A stretch of 64,000 nucleotides of DNA. Source: an uncultured virus (IMG/VR IMGVR_UViG_3300020207_000019) (Duplodnaviria > Heunggongvirae > Uroviricota > Caudoviricetes). The translations under genes were made by a program, and so were the position numbers. The first letter of the stretch is position 1. Each line of letters starts with the position of its first letter. The stretch is taken from IMG/VR virus record IMGVR_UViG_3300020207_000019; one strand, given 5' to 3'. The notes beneath the pieces are model-generated. The model saw only the letters and a list, made by a program, of their open reading frames with translations, made no database searches and was not told the DNA's origin. Positions 19,011-28,471 of the stretch are shown piece by piece.

Positions 19011-20045
19011 TTATACTTTTTTCCAATATACTAGATTTGTCTTTGCCTCCAAACCAGAGAAGGTATTACTACTTATAATTTTTTCTATCTCATCCACGGC
19101 CATACCGGACAAAATCATATCATTTATATCTTTTTTGCCAGATAGTTTTTTCGGCCAAATGACTACATTTTGGTTTGAATTGACTGCATCCTCTATTAAC
19201 TTGACGACTTCTTTGTTTCTTGGCTCATTATCAAACACCAGCACTTTACTAGCACATTCAATGCTTTTTGACGCTAAAAATAAATTAGCATCCGCTGAAG
19301 CCACACAATTACTTAAGAATAGACTATCAAGAGGTCCTTCAACAATTTTGACAGTCTTGGATAAATCAACTCTATCTAAACCATACAAAAGTTTCTTATC
19401 ACTCTCAACAGTTCTTATAGTTACATAACGAATAAGTTTGTCACCAGTCTCTAAGGCACGACCGGAAACAGCAACTAGATTGTTATACTCATCATAGAAA
19501 GGTATAACTAACCTGGCGTCATCCAGTAGTTGCTTATCATGGTTTGGAACAAGATTATCAATGAACTGTTTATATTTTGGTGCAAACAGTAATCGACCCC
19601 AATGTTCTTTTGGTATCTTTCGACCTTTTATATAGTCAATTACCCAATGATTATCAGGCAATTGATTACACCATTCTGCATGGTCAAACACCTTTTGTTT
19701 TTCTACTTTATCAAACTTGGGTGGTCGTATATCTATGGCTTTTCTTTTATAGTTTTTAGTTCTTTGTGTGCCATTCTTATATCGTTCTAGGATATACTCT
19801 TTATGTAGAGATGGATCCACAAATTTGACTAAATTGCCGACATTCGTACCTGCACTACAATTATGGCACATATAGAATAGATTATTGCCTTTTTGATAGA
19901 CATAACCTCTGGCCTTTCTTTGGTTTGTGGCAGAATCGCCACAGAACGGGCAAGAAAAGTTGAATAGATAATCTTTCTTTTGCTTGAAGTTTCTCAAGCG
20001 GTAAGAAATCATCTTTGTATATTTGGAATCTATAATGAGTGACAT
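19011..20045 (-). CDS. T4 gp61-like DNA primase
   Basis: CPFCGDS...CHNC zinc finger, EGPLDSLF, FDNEPRN and KDIND. Confidence 0.92.
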   Translation of the reverse strand: MSLIIDSKYTKMISYRLRNFKQKKDYLFNFSCPFCGDSATNQRKARGYVYQKGNNLFYMCHNCSAGTNVGNLVKFVDPSLHKEYILERYKNGTQRTKNYKRKAIDIRPPKFDKVEKQKVFDHAEWCNQLPDNHWVIDYIKGRKIPKEHWGRLLFAPKYKQFIDNLVPNHDKQLLDDARLVIPFYDEYNNLVAVSGRALETGDKLIRYVTIRTVESDKKLLYGLDRVDLSKTVKIVEGPLDSLFLSNCVASADANLFLASKSIECASKVLVFDNEPRNKEVVKLIEDAVNSNQNVVIWPKKLSGKKDINDMILSGMAVDEIEKIISSNTFSGLEAKTNLVYWKKV

Positions 20046-20081
20046 AGTGAAACCATATCACAAATGAAATATATTGTCAAG

Positions 20082-20531
20082 TTAAATTAAGGAAAAGATA
20101 TCAATTTTACCTAATAAAAAACCAATGGCTAAAACAACACCAATTAAAAACCATTTGACTTTATCAATATCTGCCCATTTGACAAAAGGGTTTCTATCTT
20201 CTTGTTTGTGTTTCATTAAATCTGACCGAAGTTCATCTATTCTTTGAGTGATATGATGTTCTACTTGGTCAATTCTATCATGTATCTCACGGTTAAGTGT
20301 GGTGATTCTGGAATGTAAATCTTTTACATCATCATCTAAATCTTCTTCAATCTTTTCGTGTTGGTCATGGCGCTGTTCGTGTAATGATATCATCTTTACA
20401 AGGTTTTGATTAGCCTCTTGTAATTTTTCAATAGATGCTGTAATCCTATCACAAATGGTGTCAAACTGCTCAACATCTCGTTTGAGCAGTTCAACATCTA
20501 ATTTAAGATTGTTTATTTTCTCTTCAGGCAT
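20082..20531 (-). CDS. coiled-coil protein with C-terminal TM segment
   Basis: Heptad pattern and hydrophobic C-terminus. Confidence 0.65.
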   Translation of the reverse strand: MPEEKINNLKLDVELLKRDVEQFDTICDRITASIEKLQEANQNLVKMISLHEQRHDQHEKIEEDLDDDVKDLHSRITTLNREIHDRIDQVEHHITQRIDELRSDLMKHKQEDRNPFVKWADIDKVKWFLIGVVLAIGFLLGKIDIFSLI

Positions 20532-20668
20532 TATTCTTCATCACAAATGACACATGAACATTCATTACATTCCCAACATTCCATGCAAGTAATACCACAA
20601 TGTGCTTTGCACTTACAGTTCTTACATCTAATTTCTTCGGAGGTTGTTGTTTCTTCTAATGTGCTCAT
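20531..20668 (-). CDS. Cys-rich metallothionein-like peptide (45 aa, not in ORF track)
   Basis: MSTLEETTTSEEIRCKNCKCKAHCGITCMECWECNECSCVICDEE; coupled to both neighbours (ATGA and TAATG). Confidence 0.65.
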   Translation of the reverse strand: MSTLEETTTSEEIRCKNCKCKAHCGITCMECWECNECSCVICDEE

Positions 20669-21003
20669 TTGTCTGTATTATTTTTACTTTCGTATGCAGT
20701 TTTACCAAAAAACGCCATAACGATAGCTGCAACTGAAACAAAGTATGTTGCGGCCATATCGCCTAGAATTTTACTTGCACCGTCTAAACCAACCAATTGT
20801 GCAAGAACAACTGCGAATGGATAAAGTAACATACCAAACAAAGCAAACCATGTCATTACTCGTTGAGCATCACGCATAGCATCTTCATCTTCTAAACGCT
20901 TACGCTTAAACTCTAGGTACATTTGTTGTTCAGCTTTGGTTACCTTACCATCACCATTGGTGTCTGCTGGATGGAATCCAGCTTTTTTAATATCTTCTCC
21001 CAT
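20665..21003 (-). CDS. two-TM membrane protein with EF-hand-like loop (holin candidate)
   Basis: DTNGDGKVT motif, two TM segments and a charged C-terminus; near the spanins. Confidence 0.5.
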   Translation of the reverse strand: MGEDIKKAGFHPADTNGDGKVTKAEQQMYLEFKRKRLEDEDAMRDAQRVMTWFALFGMLLYPFAVVLAQLVGLDGASKILGDMAATYFVSVAAIVMAFFGKTAYESKNNTDK

Positions 21004-21016
21004 GTTTTCTCCTAAA

Positions 21017-21268
21017 TTAAACCACTAGAGAACCAACAGTAATCATAGTTGAAATCAATTCATTTAATTTAGTTCTAACATTCAAATCACCGGCTGCTGC
21101 TTCAATAACTTTTGTATTTTCTAAATCTAATAATAATTCTTTGTATTCATCATGTGTGATTTCTTTAGCATCAAACATATCTTTATAGTTTTGTGCTTCA
21201 ACTACAAAATCAGTTACGCTTGTATTATCAGACTTAAGTAATTCTTCTAATTGTTCTTCTAAACTCAT
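21017..21268 (-). CDS. hypothetical protein
   Basis: 83-aa ORF. Confidence 0.55.
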   Translation of the reverse strand: MSLEEQLEELLKSDNTSVTDFVVEAQNYKDMFDAKEITHDEYKELLLDLENTKVIEAAAGDLNVRTKLNELISTMITVGSLVV

Positions 21269-21666
21269 CGTGGTTTCCCTCCAACTACATTTTGAATGGT
21301 TACTGCATTTTTCTTAATTGATTCAAATTTAGCTTCGCAGTAATGTTTGCTTACATTGTCCTCTTTTTCATACTTGTCATTTAAACCTTTTGTGATTTTC
21401 AACAATGCAACGGACATTGTAACGGTTTCCTCATTATTAGGTATTGATGATGAGTAATTTGCAAACTCATTTGAATGTCTCCAAATATTACCAACATAAT
21501 ACTTAACCTTTGGATTACCACATTCTTCTTTACCTAAAACAGCATTAGTATGAATTTTGTTGATTAAATAGTATTCATTATTATCAAATTTGGCCATGTT
21601 GTATGCGTCCCAAGCCGCACAACTAGATAATAATAAAACTGATAGTGTGATTATTAGTTTTTTCAT
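21265..21666 (-). CDS. lipoprotein
   Basis: MKK, hydrophobic stretch, then LSSC lipobox. Confidence 0.7.
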   Translation of the reverse strand: MKKLIITLSVLLLSSCAAWDAYNMAKFDNNEYYLINKIHTNAVLGKEECGNPKVKYYVGNIWRHSNEFANYSSSIPNNEETVTMSVALLKITKGLNDKYEKEDNVSKHYCEAKFESIKKNAVTIQNVVGGKPR

Positions 21667-22094
21667 TTACACCAACTCTCCTTTTTATCGCCATAGTATT
21701 CTCTGGCATAACCTTGGTCAATTAATAATTTTCTTAAACTATTACCTTCAATAAGAACATCACCTAAAACTCTACCACCATACTTATCCCAATCCATAAT
21801 TACAACCTGAACATGGGTGGCTTTCTTTAATACCATTTTTGTAAATTTTGATGCAGCCTCACCTAGTTCTTTTTCCTTATCACATTGACCACGCCAACTT
21901 TTTTCTGGTGTATCAACACCATATACACGAATACTCAATTCTTTTTTCAATGGGTCAGGTAAAAAGGGCGCTTCAAAAGCCACAGTATCACCATCAATCA
22001 CTCGTGTTATTTTATAGTCATAGGTTACACCATCTTTATCTTTAGCAAAGGCAAATAATGGTAAAAATAGTAATAAAATTAAAAATTGTTTCAC
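21663..22094 (-). CDS. secreted thermonuclease (SNase-like)
   Basis: Signal peptide; VIDGDT, IRVYGVDTPE and DKYGGRVLG. Confidence 0.9.
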   Translation of the reverse strand: MKQFLILLLFLPLFAFAKDKDGVTYDYKITRVIDGDTVAFEAPFLPDPLKKELSIRVYGVDTPEKSWRGQCDKEKELGEAASKFTKMVLKKATHVQVVIMDWDKYGGRVLGDVLIEGNSLRKLLIDQGYAREYYGDKKESWCK

Positions 22095-22501
22095 TTTGTT
22101 TCCTTTTTCTCTGGTTCGTAGTATTCTTTATATTTTACAATAATTACTTTTTGTGCTTTTATATAGTTTCTTATTTCCGCCATTGTAACTGATAGTTCCT
22201 CGTAACCATCATCAGTGACAGCAAATAAAACCAAATCTGCATTTTGTTCTTTCAGTTTAGCCCACACCTCTTCAACATTTTCTGGTGTAACCACATACCA
22301 TGTTGGTGTTCTTGGTTTTATAGATGGTGGGTCAGGCAGATTGAGTGGTGTTCTTTCAACAGCCTTTGTCTGTATCTCTATTGGTTCAACATCATCGTCA
22401 CCCCATAACTTAAAGGTGGCACAACCCGTTAAACTAATTAGTAGGAACAGTAGGAATAAAATTCGGATTTGCGATATCAGGACATTCACGGTTAGTCTCA
22501 C
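22091..22501 (-). CDS. o-spanin (Rz1-like lipoprotein)
   Basis: LTGC lipobox and Pro-rich segment; overlaps the 3' end of the upstream coiled-coil gene. Confidence 0.7.
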   Translation of the reverse strand: MRLTVNVLISQIRILFLLFLLISLTGCATFKLWGDDDVEPIEIQTKAVERTPLNLPDPPSIKPRTPTWYVVTPENVEEVWAKLKEQNADLVLFAVTDDGYEELSVTMAEIRNYIKAQKVIIVKYKEYYEPEKKETK

Positions 22502-22937
22502 TTGTCAATTTAGCATTTAATTCTTTTTCAGTATGTGAAGCGCCAGTCAATAGTTCTAAACATCTAACTACATTTTGTGTTCCACGATTAACCAATCTCT
22601 CAATTGATTTTGGTTTTGAGGCTGCAATTGCACCAAAATCTCTTTTTTCACCTTTTGCATTAACACTAAATTTATCAGTCAGTTGCTTTAACTGCTCTTG
22701 ATTTTTAGTATTAACATCTTGTAATTCTCTATTGATATGTTGAATTTGTTCAATGTCTTGTTGCATTAATTCAACAAGTTCTTTTTGCTTTTGAATTCCA
22801 TCTTCTAACTTAGCATTATTAGCTTCTGATATTGCAAGGTTTGCTTTTAGATTTGAAATATGCCAAAAACCTCCTGCAAGCACTAAAACAATAATTAAGA
22901 TAGCAACGATTTTAATCACTCCACCAATACCAAACAT
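22434..22937 (-). CDS. i-spanin (Rz-like)
   Basis: N-terminal TM segment followed by a coiled coil; overlapping spanin-pair architecture. Confidence 0.7.
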   Translation of the reverse strand: MFGIGGVIKIVAILIIVLVLAGGFWHISNLKANLAISEANNAKLEDGIQKQKELVELMQQDIEQIQHINRELQDVNTKNQEQLKQLTDKFSVNAKGEKRDFGAIAASKPKSIERLVNRGTQNVVRCLELLTGASHTEKELNAKLTSETNRECPDIANPNFIPTVPTN

Positions 22938-23278
22938 TATTTTGTTCTTCTCCTTACAAAGGCATAAAATGGTAACAATTGACCTCTTTCATGTCTTTTT
23001 CTTTTTTTAATACCGGGTTCGCCTTGAGCACCAACACCCAAACCTGCCACTTGACCACCACCCACATTTACGGTTGGTGCATCTTCTTTAATCTTTTTAT
23101 CAAACTTGGCCATTTTTTTAGGTGCAACTTGATCAATAAATGATTTACCCATCATTTTTTTATATCTTTCCATTTCAGCTTTATGTTTTGCTTGTATTTG
23201 GCTTCCAGGCATGGCCTTCATAGCCTTTACAAAATGTTTATGATACATTTTTCTTGGATTTTCTTCTTCTTTTATCAT
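22937..23278 (-). CDS. basic hypothetical virion/internal protein
   Basis: IKEDAPTVNVGGG..AGL...EPG motif. Confidence 0.55.
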   Translation of the reverse strand: MIKEEENPRKMYHKHFVKAMKAMPGSQIQAKHKAEMERYKKMMGKSFIDQVAPKKMAKFDKKIKEDAPTVNVGGGQVAGLGVGAQGEPGIKKRKRHERGQLLPFYAFVRRRTK

Positions 23279-23667
23279 TTTATTGTTCTTAACAAATTAA
23301 CTATTGTAATGTCTAATGGTATTTCAGATGAAACTATATCTTTACCTTTAATGCCTCTTACATAATTTGGCATAACATTTAAAAAGGTTAAGTATGTTTT
23401 CAACACCGAGTAATCTTCTTTTGCCATTTTATAAAATAACAGCCTTGTTGCTATTTCTGGTGTAAAAACATTACAAAGAACAACTAAATGATTTATCACC
23501 AATCGTTCTCTTATTTCACCTAAACTACGATATCTTTTAAACAGTCTTTTAAGATAATTGAATCTTTTCATATCATCTTTAAATTCGCTCATAATACAAT
23601 TTGGTTTATCATAAGCTTTAACTGCATATATCATCACATTATCATTATTCAAATCATTAAATAACAT
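23275..23667 (-). CDS. conserved T4-like phage protein
   Basis: YA.K.YD.P.C...EF.DD.KRF.YLKRL...ERLVINH pattern. Confidence 0.75.
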   Translation of the reverse strand: MLFNDLNNDNVMIYAVKAYDKPNCIMSEFKDDMKRFNYLKRLFKRYRSLGEIRERLVINHLVVLCNVFTPEIATRLLFYKMAKEDYSVLKTYLTFLNVMPNYVRGIKGKDIVSSEIPLDITIVNLLRTIK

Positions 23668-23668
23668 T

Positions 23669-24169
23669 CTATTCTAAATCTTCGTCATCTTCCTCATCAT
23701 CATTGATAATATAATCTAAACCTTCTTCATCGACAATTTCTGCATGAAAATCATATTGTCCTCTATCATCCAAGTAGTATATTATATAAATGTAATGAAC
23801 TTGTGGATCTTTTGAAACCTCGTCAGTTTTTCCAAACTCATTGGTTTCATCATAATTAAAAACATGACCAAACTGGTCAAGTTCTATAGCTAACTCATCA
23901 CCCTCTGGATCGATATCGTAAAGTGCTGGTAAGTCTAATGAAAACTCATGCAACACTTTACGAATCGCTTGTATGCCAGAATGTGGAGTAAGATGGTTAC
24001 CTACAAAACTTCTTAAAAAACCCAATTGGGTTAGCAGGCGTAGATTAATCTCCGCTCTAATCTTTGGATTAGAAATGGATGACGAACCCTCATTTGTTGG
24101 TTCGTGTTTCTTTTCCGCCTGTCCTTGATCTATGTTATAGAGTTCGGACAAATATTGTCTGAATCTCAT
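23669..24169 (-). CDS. hypothetical protein with capsid-targeting-like N-terminus
   Basis: N-terminus MRFRQYLSE. Confidence 0.6.
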   Translation of the reverse strand: MRFRQYLSELYNIDQGQAEKKHEPTNEGSSSISNPKIRAEINLRLLTQLGFLRSFVGNHLTPHSGIQAIRKVLHEFSLDLPALYDIDPEGDELAIELDQFGHVFNYDETNEFGKTDEVSKDPQVHYIYIIYYLDDRGQYDFHAEIVDEEGLDYIINDDEEDDEDLE

Positions 24170-24174
24170 ATATC

Positions 24175-24516
24175 TTAACTATCTGCAAATGTTACATCAT
24201 CGTTAGCAACAGCACCACCATCACCAGTCATAGAACCCATTGCAACTAAAGTTTCGATGTGAACACGACCTGAACGACCACCTGTGCCTTCTGTTCTCAT
24301 AACCCATCCTGCGTGACCGCCTTTTGGATTATTTGCAACGCCTTGTTCTGTTGTATCAACACCAAATACACCTTTTTTAGCACCAGCGATAAAGGCACCG
24401 GTTGTTGTATTGGCATAAAGCAAATTACTATTTGCCTGTGTGTTTGATAGATTAACTAATGAAGGTGCGGACTTAGGCACACTTGTATTAGCATCTGTGT
24501 TTGACCATAAAGCCAT
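24175..24516 (-). CDS. virion structural protein
   Basis: MALW...GVFGVD..E...HAGWV...GRV..ETLVAM, a pattern typical of T4-like marine phage structural proteins. Confidence 0.65.
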   Translation of the reverse strand: MALWSNTDANTSVPKSAPSLVNLSNTQANSNLLYANTTTGAFIAGAKKGVFGVDTTEQGVANNPKGGHAGWVMRTEGTGGRSGRVHIETLVAMGSMTGDGGAVANDDVTFADS

Positions 24517-24579
24517 CTTTTTTCTCCTAATTTAAATTTTTAAATTATAATGTATTTAGTTTTCACTCAATATTAATTA

Positions 24580-26244
24580 TTATTGAACATCTTTATTAAT
24601 GTCCGATTTCAATTCTGGTTCAGCCTGAAATGTTTCGGGCTTTTCCTTCATTTTCTTTTTAGCATTTTTATATGCTTCTTTAACCGTATTCACTTTACTT
24701 AAGTCAATAGGTTCTTTTCTTTTTACTTGTGAATAATCAGGCACTTTAATATTAGATGCCCAATTTTTCTCGGATTGTTTTTGTTTAAGCAACTTTAACA
24801 TACGGTCTGCAGCTGATTCTTTATAAACTTGGCCTTCACCTCTTGTTGCTGAAAAACCAGGATGTTTCTTTTTCATCACAGCAGAGGCTTGTTTATGTGC
24901 TTCCATTTCACTGTGTCCTTTTTTAGTAGCAGCTTTGTGAGCATTATCATAAACAGATTGTGCCTTGTAGGTATCTGGATGAACTTCTTCATTTGGACCA
25001 TAACCCTTAGGTGTTTTATCTTGCCATTTTGGAAGAGGATGTTTTTTATCCCATTCTCTGGCCTTTTTAAGAAGGTCAGGATGCGGACCTTTCGCAAAAC
25101 CTGTTGAAGCCTTTTTCTGTTTTGCTAATCTCTCATCTTCCATTTTATTAATCTGTTGAGTTTTGTAATAGCCTTCTTCAACAGGTTTTTTCATAAGAGC
25201 GGGTATTTCAGCATCTTCTTTTGCTAACTTATTAACAGCTTGAGATAAACCTTGTTTTCTATTTTTAATCTTACGATTAAGTTCATCTCTTTCTGCTCTG
25301 TCTTTTGTTAAAGCACGGTCAGCAGCCATACCGGTAAGATTACTCATACCTTTTTTCACATAACTATGAGCAGTTTGTTTTGAAATTTCATCAATTTGTT
25401 TTACTTCTTCATCAATATCTTTCATTTGAACTTTTCTCACACTTTTAACTTGATATGGATTACCATAACTTAAAAATTTAGATTCTGCGTGTTTCTCATT
25501 TTTTGCTTTGATTACATGAGCACGATGGTTTTTATATTGTGGGTGTTTATAAACCACTTCATAATGACCTTCTTCTAAATCTACTTCCTCGCCATGAATT
25601 TTATTAGCACGAGCTGTGTTATGTGCTTTAGACCAATCTAAATGTTCTTTTGAACCTCTAGGATGTGGATTCTCGCCATATTTTTTACCAGATTTAGCAG
25701 CTGTATAACCAGCATCATAAGCTGAACTTGGACCTTTTACTTTTAAGAATGATTTTGGATTCAATCTTACAACAGCTTCAGTATAGGTTGCTTCTTCATT
25801 AGTAGCTTTTTTAACTAATTTGTTTGTAGCTGTATTAACACCTTTTTGGCGATTTTGAATTTTGCGTTCTCTATCTTCCAAATCTTTATCAGCATCAGGA
25901 TCATGACCTGGAGTTCCATATTGGCGATGTTCATCATCACCATGGTCAAAAGAATGGTCAGAAGCATCTTTTGATGCTTTCTTAACATATGAACCTAAAG
26001 TTTTAGGTGATAACTCTGTTAGGTGTTCTACTTCTTCACTGACCGTCTTCCAACCGCCACCTTTTGACTTATACCATTTTGATGCCCAACCATTTGCATA
26101 TGCGGACGGATAAACATCAAACTTTTTCTTAGCCATTGATTTAGCACGAGCCCAAAGTTCAGGATTGGTTGGTTTGTTTCCTTCTTCAACAACCGCCTGA
26201 GCTTCAGTTAGTTTGTGTGATAATTCTCTGAATCGTTTAGACAT
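24580..26244 (-). CDS. putative internal head polyprotein with repeated modules
   Basis: Basic modules separated by (L/I/V)xE sites; internal repeat LTELSPKTLGSYVKK / IDEISKQTAHSYVKK. Confidence 0.6.
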   Translation of the reverse strand: MSKRFRELSHKLTEAQAVVEEGNKPTNPELWARAKSMAKKKFDVYPSAYANGWASKWYKSKGGGWKTVSEEVEHLTELSPKTLGSYVKKASKDASDHSFDHGDDEHRQYGTPGHDPDADKDLEDRERKIQNRQKGVNTATNKLVKKATNEEATYTEAVVRLNPKSFLKVKGPSSAYDAGYTAAKSGKKYGENPHPRGSKEHLDWSKAHNTARANKIHGEEVDLEEGHYEVVYKHPQYKNHRAHVIKAKNEKHAESKFLSYGNPYQVKSVRKVQMKDIDEEVKQIDEISKQTAHSYVKKGMSNLTGMAADRALTKDRAERDELNRKIKNRKQGLSQAVNKLAKEDAEIPALMKKPVEEGYYKTQQINKMEDERLAKQKKASTGFAKGPHPDLLKKAREWDKKHPLPKWQDKTPKGYGPNEEVHPDTYKAQSVYDNAHKAATKKGHSEMEAHKQASAVMKKKHPGFSATRGEGQVYKESAADRMLKLLKQKQSEKNWASNIKVPDYSQVKRKEPIDLSKVNTVKEAYKNAKKKMKEKPETFQAEPELKSDINKDVQ

Positions 26245-26248
26245 TTTT

Positions 26249-27271
26249 TTATTCCTCGTCCTCTTTCATCGCTTGTTTAGTAGCAGTAGCATACATTACT
26301 TGTTTTGCTTTATCACCGTATCTATCTTTAAACCCATTAAGACTTTTTTTCATACCTTTAACAATATCCTCACGCTTTGCCATTTCAGCATCAGTCATAG
26401 GTCTTTCATTGATTTGCTCAACTTCTTCTTCAATTTTAACTGATTGAACAGCAGCTTTTGCTACACCAGCTTCTTCTTCGGGTGTTTTCTTTTCTGTTGC
26501 TTTCTTTTTAGCCTTAGTGACTTCTTTTTCATAAGTCTCTTGGTCAGGTTCTTCTGTCATTGTCATTTCTGCTAATGATTTTAAACCTTTTTCAGCATAC
26601 AACTCTAACATTTCTTTGAATGGTTTTTTCTTATCCATTTTTTCTAGTTCCTTCCTAGTTGGACCTTTCATCGTATCAACTGCGTGTTTTTCTGGTTTAG
26701 AAGCACCATAAGCACGACCTTGAATACGAGTAACGCCACTTTCATGTGGTTTATATTCATCAAGTTGTTCAGTTTCTTCGTTTTGTTTTCTTAACTCATC
26801 AGAAACTTTTGGATGACCTGCAAGGCCTTTGTTAATTTTATTCATAGCCTTAACTGCACCTGTCATATTACCACCAGCATAGCGTTTGTCACGAGCAATA
26901 CCAATTGCTTGTTTCACTTGTTGTCTTGTTGGTGTTTTTTCATCTAATTGTTCAACTTCTTCACATTTACATTCATCTTCACCTGTAACAGGACATTTAT
27001 CTTCTTTTTTCACTTTATGGTCTTTACCACAAGATTCTTCCATGTGATAACCTTTGTTGTCACAATGCTCACAACCTTTACCATTACATTTAGAACATTC
27101 AACTTTTTCCTCTTTGATGTCCTTTTCTTTTCTTAACATTTCAAAATCATGAGCATCAATCTTGTTGTTTTTGTTTTTGTCGATTTTATGCTGGTCACCC
27201 TTTAAGGCTTCTCCCACCATAATGCTTCGAGCAACATCTGCAACAGCTCTTAAAGTTTTATTATCTGACAT
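26249..27271 (-). CDS. putative internal head/prohead core-like protein
   Basis: Repeated EEVEQLDE spacers, KIDKNKNNKIDAHDF and VMYATATKQA modules. Confidence 0.6.
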   Translation of the reverse strand: MSDNKTLRAVADVARSIMVGEALKGDQHKIDKNKNNKIDAHDFEMLRKEKDIKEEKVECSKCNGKGCEHCDNKGYHMEESCGKDHKVKKEDKCPVTGEDECKCEEVEQLDEKTPTRQQVKQAIGIARDKRYAGGNMTGAVKAMNKINKGLAGHPKVSDELRKQNEETEQLDEYKPHESGVTRIQGRAYGASKPEKHAVDTMKGPTRKELEKMDKKKPFKEMLELYAEKGLKSLAEMTMTEEPDQETYEKEVTKAKKKATEKKTPEEEAGVAKAAVQSVKIEEEVEQINERPMTDAEMAKREDIVKGMKKSLNGFKDRYGDKAKQVMYATATKQAMKEDEE

Positions 27272-27289
27272 TTATAGTCTCCTTTTATT

Positions 27290-28171
27290 TTAATTCTGTA
27301 TAAGCAATAAATCAAATGCAGCCGTAACTCTAGCGTTATTAGAACGAACAGTTACTCTTACATCAATATCGGATTTTTCAGGTATCGCCACTGGCACACT
27401 GAAAGGATAAATGTATTGTCCTCCAGCACCTGAAACCTCAAAACTGTGGCCAACTCTAAATGTATCTTGGCCAAAATATCTTACAAACATATCACCCGTT
27501 GCATCAGCACCATACTGAACTGAAGCGGTTCCTTGTAACAAATAACCAGTATAACCAGCAGGAACAGTATAAATTGCCATTAGCGTTTGAGATTTGCCAA
27601 TGTTAATTCTCAATACTTCTGTTGCACCACGAGATACTCTTATCTGCGTTTGATTAGAACTCGCACCATCTGTTACATAAGCACGATATAATCTTTTAAA
27701 CACTTGAGTGCCTGTTGCACTTGAACCACTAATCGTAAGTGTTTCAGTTGCAGCTTCATAATTATCATCTAAACCAACTAATGTAACAGATAGACCATTA
27801 TCAAGTGTTGATGTTGATCCATTTACTGCGGTTGTTGCTATTGTTACATTACCTGCTGTATCCCATGCACTCCATGGATATATTGTATCATCTTTATCCC
27901 AAACACTGCCTGTTTGGTTTTGTGACATAGAAGGAGCAGCACCAAATTTATGAATGTTACTATAACCTGGTATATTTCCTAATGCTACATCTAAACCCCA
28001 ATTACCACTACTGACAGTATTTGAACTACCATATTTAATGACTGCATCAACTGGTAATCTATTATCTGTTGATACTATATCACCATTAGCACCATTTGCT
28101 GTATAAACAACTTCGTAAATATTACGATTGTTATTTAAAAAATCATTTGTCTGTGTGCTATATTGTGTCAC
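27290..28171 (-). CDS. putative virion structural protein
   Basis: Thr/Gly/Ser-rich, beta-type composition, located in a late cluster. Confidence 0.55.
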   Translation of the reverse strand: MTQYSTQTNDFLNNNRNIYEVVYTANGANGDIVSTDNRLPVDAVIKYGSSNTVSSGNWGLDVALGNIPGYSNIHKFGAAPSMSQNQTGSVWDKDDTIYPWSAWDTAGNVTIATTAVNGSTSTLDNGLSVTLVGLDDNYEAATETLTISGSSATGTQVFKRLYRAYVTDGASSNQTQIRVSRGATEVLRINIGKSQTLMAIYTVPAGYTGYLLQGTASVQYGADATGDMFVRYFGQDTFRVGHSFEVSGAGGQYIYPFSVPVAIPEKSDIDVRVTVRSNNARVTAAFDLLLIQN

Positions 28172-28174
28172 TTA

Positions 28175-28471
28175 TCAGCAATTCCATCGTCTTAATGCCT
28201 TATTAATCGCTGAATCTGGATCCCTAGCGTTTTCTGGCTTTGTCAATCTTTTCTTCATACCTTTCATTCTACGGCAGAATGATAATCTTCTTTTTGCTGA
28301 TTTAGAACCCTTTTTCAATTTTTTAGGGTCTTTTGTCACAGCCGTTTGTAATTTAGAACCTGGATTTTCTCTACGATAAGCATCAACAGCTTTTTGTGAG
28401 AGTCCATCAGTATTATCAGATTTATTTACTTTCTGCCAGTCTTCTGAAATAAATTGTTTAAAGTTAATCAT
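28175..28471 (-). CDS. basic internal-protein-like protein
   Basis: MINFKQFISE N-terminus; ENPGSKL...SFC.RM.G...RWNC module. Confidence 0.65.
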   Translation of the reverse strand: MINFKQFISEDWQKVNKSDNTDGLSQKAVDAYRRENPGSKLQTAVTKDPKKLKKGSKSAKRRLSFCRRMKGMKKRLTKPENARDPDSAINKALRRWNC

